Below are positions 57,645-64,000 of a stretch of 64,000 nucleotides of DNA, piece after piece. The notes under the pieces are model-generated. The model made no database searches. It was not told where the DNA came from and saw nothing but the letters and a program-made list of their open reading frames with translations. Source of the stretch: Escherichia coli (GTDB taxonomy: Bacteria > Pseudomonadota > Gammaproteobacteria > Enterobacterales > Enterobacteriaceae); NCBI RefSeq assembly GCF_048403405.1, contig NZ_CP183129.1. One strand, 5' to 3'. The first letter of the stretch is position 1. Every line of letters begins with the position of its first letter. The position numbers and the translations under genes are program-made.

Positions 57645-58190
57645 TTAGGCTTTTTCAACCTGGCTGAAGTCCAGCTCTACCGGGGTCGCACGACCGAAGA
57701 TAGAAACAGACACTTTCAGACGAGATTTCTCGTAATCCACTTCTTCAACAACACCGTTGAAGTCAGCGAACGGACCATCATTAACACGGACCATTTCACC
57801 CGGTTCAAACAGCGTTTTCGGACGCGGCTTATCACCAACCTGCTGCAGGCGGTTCATAATCGCATCAACTTCTTTATCGCTGATTGGTGCAGGACGATCG
57901 GAAGTACCGCCGATGAAGCCCATCACACGCGGTACGCTGCGCACCAGGTGCCAGCTCGCGTCGTTCATCACCATCTGAACGAGGACGTAGCCAGGGAAGA
58001 ATTTACGTTCGCTTTTGCGACGCTGACCGCCACGGATTTCAACCACTTCTTCGGTTGGTACCATGACTTCACCAAACAAATCTTCCATGTTGTGTAATTT
58101 GATATGCTCACGCAGCGACGTTGCTACGCGGCCTTCAAAACCGGAAAACGCCTGAACGACGTACCAGCGCTTTTTAGGAGCTTCAGACAT
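57645..58190 (-). CDS. nusG: Transcription termination/antitermination factor NusG
   Basis: 181 aa, [73 protein letters not shown]... Confidence 0.97.
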
Positions 58191-58191
58191 C

Positions 58192-58575
58192 TCAGAACCT
58201 CAGGCCAGTGATAAAGGATACCAGGCGAACCAGAATACCATCCAGTCCCCACAGGATCAGTGACATTACTGCGGTAACCGCAGCCACAATCAGCGTGGTG
58301 TGCAATGTTTCCTGGCGAGTCGGCCAAATGACCTTACGGACTTCGGTACGCGCTTCACGGGCAAAAGCAACGGTAGCTTTACCTTTTGTCGTTAACAGCG
58401 CGACACCACCCGCTGCAGCAATCAGAATTACTACGGCCAGCGCACGCAGCGGCAGCATAATGTCGCGATAAAGGTAGTTGCCGACAATCGCTACCAGGAG
58501 CAATGCCACCACAACGACCCACTTCATCGCTTCCAGGCCGCGCCCGCTTCCTTGAGCTTCGGTATTCGCACTCAT
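58192..58575 (-). CDS. secE: Protein translocase subunit SecE
   Basis: 127 aa, [71 protein letters not shown]... Confidence 0.97.
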
Positions 58576-58747
58576 AAACCAACCTGTCAGAAGTATTCTA
58601 CAAACATTTTCACCCCGCGATCGCGAGGCAAACCAAATCGAAACGCGTATTAGCTTTTCGGATTATACGCCCTCAACAGAGCCTGTCTCAGCAATGATTA
58701 TGACAAAGAAAATCACTGATGAGCCAGGTTCTGGTACGAAAGCGTGC

Positions 58748-58775
58748 AAAAAGGGCATCAAATGATGCCCTTTTA
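58748..58775 (-). terminator. Rho-independent terminator downstream of tufB
   Basis: Minus-strand hairpin AAGGGCATCATTTGATGCCCTT followed by TTTGCACGC. Confidence 0.6.
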
Positions 58776-58804
58776 GTGCGCATTGCGTCAAATGTTATCG
58801 GCAA

Positions 58805-60025
<1,221 letters not shown>

Positions 60026-60103
60026 TCACCACATCAACCAGGCAACATGCCCGACTTGTTGAATGCAATAAACAGAAGGAAAAAACAGGGAGGAGAAAAG
60101 AAG

Positions 60104-60179
60104 TGGTGCTGATAGGCAGATTCGAACTGCCGACCTCACCCTTACCAAGGGTGCGCTCTACCAACTGAGCTATATCAGC
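60104..60179 (-). tRNA. thrT: tRNA-Thr (GGU)
   Basis: Reverse complement is GCTGATATAGCTCAGTTGGTAGAGCGCACCCTTGGTAAGGGTGAGGTCGGCAGTTCGAATCTGCCTATCAGCACCA. Confidence 0.95.
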
Positions 60180-60185
60180 ACATCT

Positions 60186-60260
<75 letters not shown>

Positions 60261-60376
60261 ATCCTGGAACTCGGCTACCTGATTTTCATTCTGCACTGAA
60301 TATCGAGAGAAGCTCTCTTTATTCGAGCCGGTAAGCGAACTTATCGTCTCGGGCTACGCCATCGCGTGGCCGAAAT

Positions 60377-60461
<85 letters not shown>

Positions 60462-60469
60462 GGACTTGA

Positions 60470-60545
<76 letters not shown>

Positions 60546-60906
60546 ATCAAGTAGCGCGCATTCTATGGAGACATGCGAGTTCATGCAACTAAAAAATTGC
60601 ATAATTTGTTTTATTGGTCACATTTTATGCGACGAGATTAAGAAACAGCCGAACGGAGGGCAGATTAGCACACTTTTTCAACATCATTGTGCTCAACAAT
60701 GCGCTCCTGCTAAACCATAATTCTTTTTATCAGATGGAATATCTGTCACATTGCTTTTCAACGATAGCTTCCTGGGAGAGATTTTTTCTTATTATTCCTC
60801 CCCATCTGGTGTTACCCTCCTGCCCATTAACCCATTCAACAGAACTGTGACGCGCCATGGCAAATATCGCTTTGCCGATAGAGCTATGACCGCCAGAAAC
60901 ATGCTT

Positions 60907-61857
60907 ATGAGTATAAAAGAGCAAACGTTAATGACGCCTTACCTACAGTTTGACCGCAACCAGTGGGCAGCTCTGCGTGATTCCGTACCTATGACGTTAT
61001 CGGAAGATGAGATCGCCCGTCTCAAAGGTATTAATGAAGATCTCTCGTTAGAAGAAGTTGCCGAGATCTATTTACCTCTGTCACGTTTGCTGAACTTCTA
61101 TATAAGCTCGAATCTGCGCCGTCAGGCAGTTCTGGAACAGTTTCTTGGTACCAACGGGCAACGCATTCCTTACATTATCAGTATTGCTGGTAGTGTCGCT
61201 GTGGGGAAAAGTACAACCGCCCGTGTATTGCAGGCGCTATTAAGCCGTTGGCCGGAACATCGTCGTGTTGAACTGATCACGACTGATGGCTTCCTTCACC
61301 CTAATCAGGTACTGAAAGAACGTGGTCTGATGAAGAAGAAAGGCTTCCCGGAATCGTATGATATGCATCGCCTGGTGAAGTTTGTTTCCGATCTCAAATC
61401 CGGCGTGCCAAACGTTACAGCACCTGTTTACTCGCATCTTATTTATGATGTGATCCCGGATGGAGATAAAACGGTTGTTCAGCCTGATATTTTAATTCTT
61501 GAAGGGTTAAATGTCTTACAGAGCGGGATGGATTATCCACACGATCCACATCATGTATTTGTTTCTGATTTTGTCGATTTTTCGATATATGTTGATGCAC
61601 CGGAAGACTTACTTCAGACGTGGTATATCAACCGTTTCCTGAAATTCCGCGAAGGGGCTTTTACAGACCCGGATTCCTATTTTCATAACTACGCGAAATT
61701 AACTAAAGAAGAAGCGATTAATACTGCCATGACGTTGTGGAAAGAGATCAACTGGCTGAACTTAAAGCAAAATATTCTACCTACTCGCGAGCGCGCCAGT
61801 TTAATCCTGACGAAAAGTGCTAATCATGCGGTAGAAGAGGTCAGGCTACGCAAATAA
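60907..61857 (+). CDS. coaA: Pantothenate kinase (type I)
   Basis: 316 aa from ATG 60907 ([43 protein letters not shown]...) with Walker [10 protein letters not shown]; track ORF extends 52 codons upstream into the promoter region. Confidence 0.92.
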   Translation: MSIKEQTLMTPYLQFDRNQWAALRDSVPMTLSEDEIARLKGINEDLSLEEVAEIYLPLSRLLNFYISSNLRRQAVLEQFLGTNGQRIPYIISIAGSVAVGKSTTARVLQALLSRWPEHRRVELITTDGFLHPNQVLKERGLMKKKGFPESYDMHRLVKFVSDLKSGVPNVTAPVYSHLIYDVIPDGDKTVVQPDILILEGLNVLQSGMDYPHDPHHVFVSDFVDFSIYVDAPEDLLQTWYINRFLKFREGAFTDPDSYFHNYAKLTKEEAINTAMTLWKEINWLNLKQNILPTRERASLILTKSANHAVEEVRLRK

Positions 61858-61862
61858 TTTTC

Positions 61863-61882
61863 AGGGGAGCTAATGCTCCCCT
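61863..61882. terminator. Hairpin shared by convergent coaA and birA
   Basis: AGGGGAGCTAATGCTCCCCT, perfect 8-bp stem, between the two stop codons. Confidence 0.5.
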
Positions 61883-61888
61883 ATCTTA

Positions 61889-62851
61889 TTATTCCGCACT
61901 ACGCAGGGATATTTCACCGCCCATCCAGGGTTTTATTATTCCATCCTGCTCAAGTAATAAAGCGCCCTGTTTGTCTATTCCGCGCGAAATGCCAAATATT
62001 TCTTTATCACCAATGATAAGTTTCACTGGGCGATTAATAAAATTATCCAGCTTTTCCCAGCGCGAAAGATAAGGTGCCAATCCTTCTTGCTCGAAGAGTT
62101 CCAGCGCCGTGCGTAATTCACGTATGAGCATGGCCGCCAACGTATTACGATCGAGATTGATCCCGGCTTCCTGCAGCGTGATCCACCCTTGATTAACGAC
62201 ACTCTCTTCAACACGACGCATTGCCATGTTGATCCCGGCACCAATGACTATTTGCGCCGCATCGCCGGTTTTGCCAGTTAGCTCCACAAGAATGCCTGCC
62301 AGCTTGCGATCCTGCAGATAGAGGTCATTAGGCCATTTAACACGAACTTTATCAGCACCCAGCTTGCGTAATACTTCCGCCATCACGATACCGATAACCA
62401 GACTTAAACCAATCGCCGCCGCCGGGCCTTGTTCCAGACGCCAGAACATCGACAAATATAAGTTTGCGCCAAAAGGCGAAAACCATTTCCGACCCCGGCG
62501 ACCACGGCCAGCCTGCTGGTATTCTGCAACACAGGCATCGCCCGATTTAAGCTCTCCGATACGATCAAGAAGGTACTGATTCGTGGAGTCAATAACGGGC
62601 AGCACAGTTACACTACCGCCATCCAGCTGACCCAATATCTGTTCAGCATTAAGTAACTGGATAGGCTCAGGCAGGCTGTATCCTTTACCCGGAACGGTAA
62701 AGACATCAACGCCCCAGTCACGCAGTGTCTGCATGTGTTTATTAATAGCCGCCCGGCTCATTCCCAGCGTTTCACCCAACTGCTCGCCAGAGTGAAATTC
62801 ACCGTTCGCTAATAGGGCGATCAATTTCAGTGGCACGGTGTTATCCTTCAT
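61889..62851 (-). CDS. birA: Bifunctional biotin-[acetyl-CoA-carboxylase] ligase and biotin operon repressor
   Basis: 320 aa, [39 protein letters not shown]...; ends ...SLRSAE followed by tandem TAA TAA. Confidence 0.95.
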   Translation of the reverse strand: MKDNTVPLKLIALLANGEFHSGEQLGETLGMSRAAINKHMQTLRDWGVDVFTVPGKGYSLPEPIQLLNAEQILGQLDGGSVTVLPVIDSTNQYLLDRIGELKSGDACVAEYQQAGRGRRGRKWFSPFGANLYLSMFWRLEQGPAAAIGLSLVIGIVMAEVLRKLGADKVRVKWPNDLYLQDRKLAGILVELTGKTGDAAQIVIGAGINMAMRRVEESVVNQGWITLQEAGINLDRNTLAAMLIRELRTALELFEQEGLAPYLSRWEKLDNFINRPVKLIIGDKEIFGISRGIDKQGALLLEQDGIIKPWMGGEISLRSAE

Positions 62852-63876
62852 GAAATCGTCTCCACTGCGCCCACTTCACCTGATGCACCAATAAAGCGGA
62901 CTTCAGGCTCAAGCCAGACATTAAATTTTTCACCCACTTTTTGTCTTACATGGTGTGCCAGTTGCACCACATCTTCGCTTTTTGCATTGTCTTCATTAAT
63001 GAGAACTAACGCCTGTTGACGGTGCACCGCAGCCCCACCCATTTGCATCCCTTTTAGCTGGCACTGATCGATAAGCCAACCTGCTGCCAGTTTTACTGAA
63101 CCATCCGCCTGGGGGTAATTTGGTGCTGTTGGAAATTGTGACAGTAATGCTTTAGCCGTTTCAGCAGATACAACAGGGTTTTTGAAGAAACTACCGGCAT
63201 TGCCATTCACTTTTGGGTCAGGGAGTTTGGTGGTGCGCATATGACACACCGCATTAAATACTTGCTGTGGCGTTACTGTTATAGGATCCAGACGAGTTAA
63301 GTCACCATACGTTAGTACAGGTTGCCACTCTTTTGGCAGACGCAGACCTACGGCTACAATGGCGAAGCGGTCCTGGTATTCATGTTTAAAAATACTGTCG
63401 CGATAGCCAAAACGGCACTCTTTGGCAGTTAAGCGCACTTGCTTGCCTGTCGCCAATTCAACACAGTCAACATAAGCGCAAACTCGCTGTAATTCTACGC
63501 CATAAGCACCAATATTCTGGATAGGTGATGAGCCGACACAACCAGGAATTAATGCCAGATTTTCCAGACCAGGCATACCTTCCTGCAAAGTGTATTTTAC
63601 CAGGCGATGCCAGTTTTCTCCGGCTCCTACATGTAAATACCACGCATCAGGTTCATCATGAATTTCGATACCTTTGATCCGGTTGATGATCACCGTACCG
63701 CGATAGTCTTCCAGAAAAAGTACATTACTTCCTTCACCCAGAATAAGAACGGATTGTCCTTTTGCGGTTGCATGCTGCCAGGCATTGAGTAGTTGTTGTT
63801 CGTCTTCGGCACATACAATGTGCTGAGCATTATGATCAATGCCAAATGTGTTCCAGGGTTTTAAGGAGTGGTTCAT
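62848..63876 (-). CDS. murB: UDP-N-acetylenolpyruvoylglucosamine reductase
   Basis: 342 aa, [54 protein letters not shown]...; FAD-binding; stop overlaps birA start by 4 bp. Confidence 0.95.
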   Translation of the reverse strand: MNHSLKPWNTFGIDHNAQHIVCAEDEQQLLNAWQHATAKGQSVLILGEGSNVLFLEDYRGTVIINRIKGIEIHDEPDAWYLHVGAGENWHRLVKYTLQEGMPGLENLALIPGCVGSSPIQNIGAYGVELQRVCAYVDCVELATGKQVRLTAKECRFGYRDSIFKHEYQDRFAIVAVGLRLPKEWQPVLTYGDLTRLDPITVTPQQVFNAVCHMRTTKLPDPKVNGNAGSFFKNPVVSAETAKALLSQFPTAPNYPQADGSVKLAAGWLIDQCQLKGMQMGGAAVHRQQALVLINEDNAKSEDVVQLAHHVRQKVGEKFNVWLEPEVRFIGASGEVGAVETIS

Positions 63877-63960
63877 AGCTGCTTTCCTGATGCAAAAACG
63901 AGGCTAGTTTACCGTATCTGTGGGAGGATGGCTTGTAGTTATGACGACAGGGAGTGTTTG

Positions 63961-64000
63961 TAGAAACGCAAAAAGGCCCAGTCTTCCGACTGGGCCTTCT
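63961..64000 (-). terminator. Terminator at the 3' end of an upstream rRNA operon (rrnB-type)
   Basis: Minus-strand hairpin GGCCCAGTCGGAAGACTGGGCC followed by TTTTTGCGTTTCTAC at the window edge; the operon itself lies beyond the window. Confidence 0.6.

Overview
This window reads as an Escherichia coli-type chromosomal segment, in reverse orientation to the K-12 map at roughly 90-91 min, running from rluF (partial) to murB. I found no convincing previously undescribed system; the accessory content and strain-level differences are listed as findings. All calls are from reading the sequence and recalling known protein families and K-12 gene order; no database search was run. Gene content in order: a 6.4-kb L-sorbose PTS catabolic operon (sorCDFBAME-like) between rluF and pepE; pepE, yjbB, metH; iclR, the AT-rich ankyrin gene arpA, and aceK-aceA-aceB; metA and yjaB; a complete rRNA operon on the minus strand (16S, tRNA-Glu, 23S, 5S) with P1/P2 promoters; purHD, zraSR/zraP, yjaH, hupA, yjaG, nfi, hemE, nudC, rsd; the TPP-riboswitch-controlled thiCEFSGH operon; rpoC, rpoB, rplL, rplJ, rplA, rplK, nusG, secE, tufB; the thrU-tyrU-glyT-thrT tRNA cluster; coaA, birA, murB. 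Compared with the K-12 layout as I recall it, yjaA and yjaZ/htrC appear absent and a ~150-bp nested palindromic element sits between nfi and hemE. No IS element, integrase, phage gene, CRISPR array or toxin-antitoxin pair was seen.
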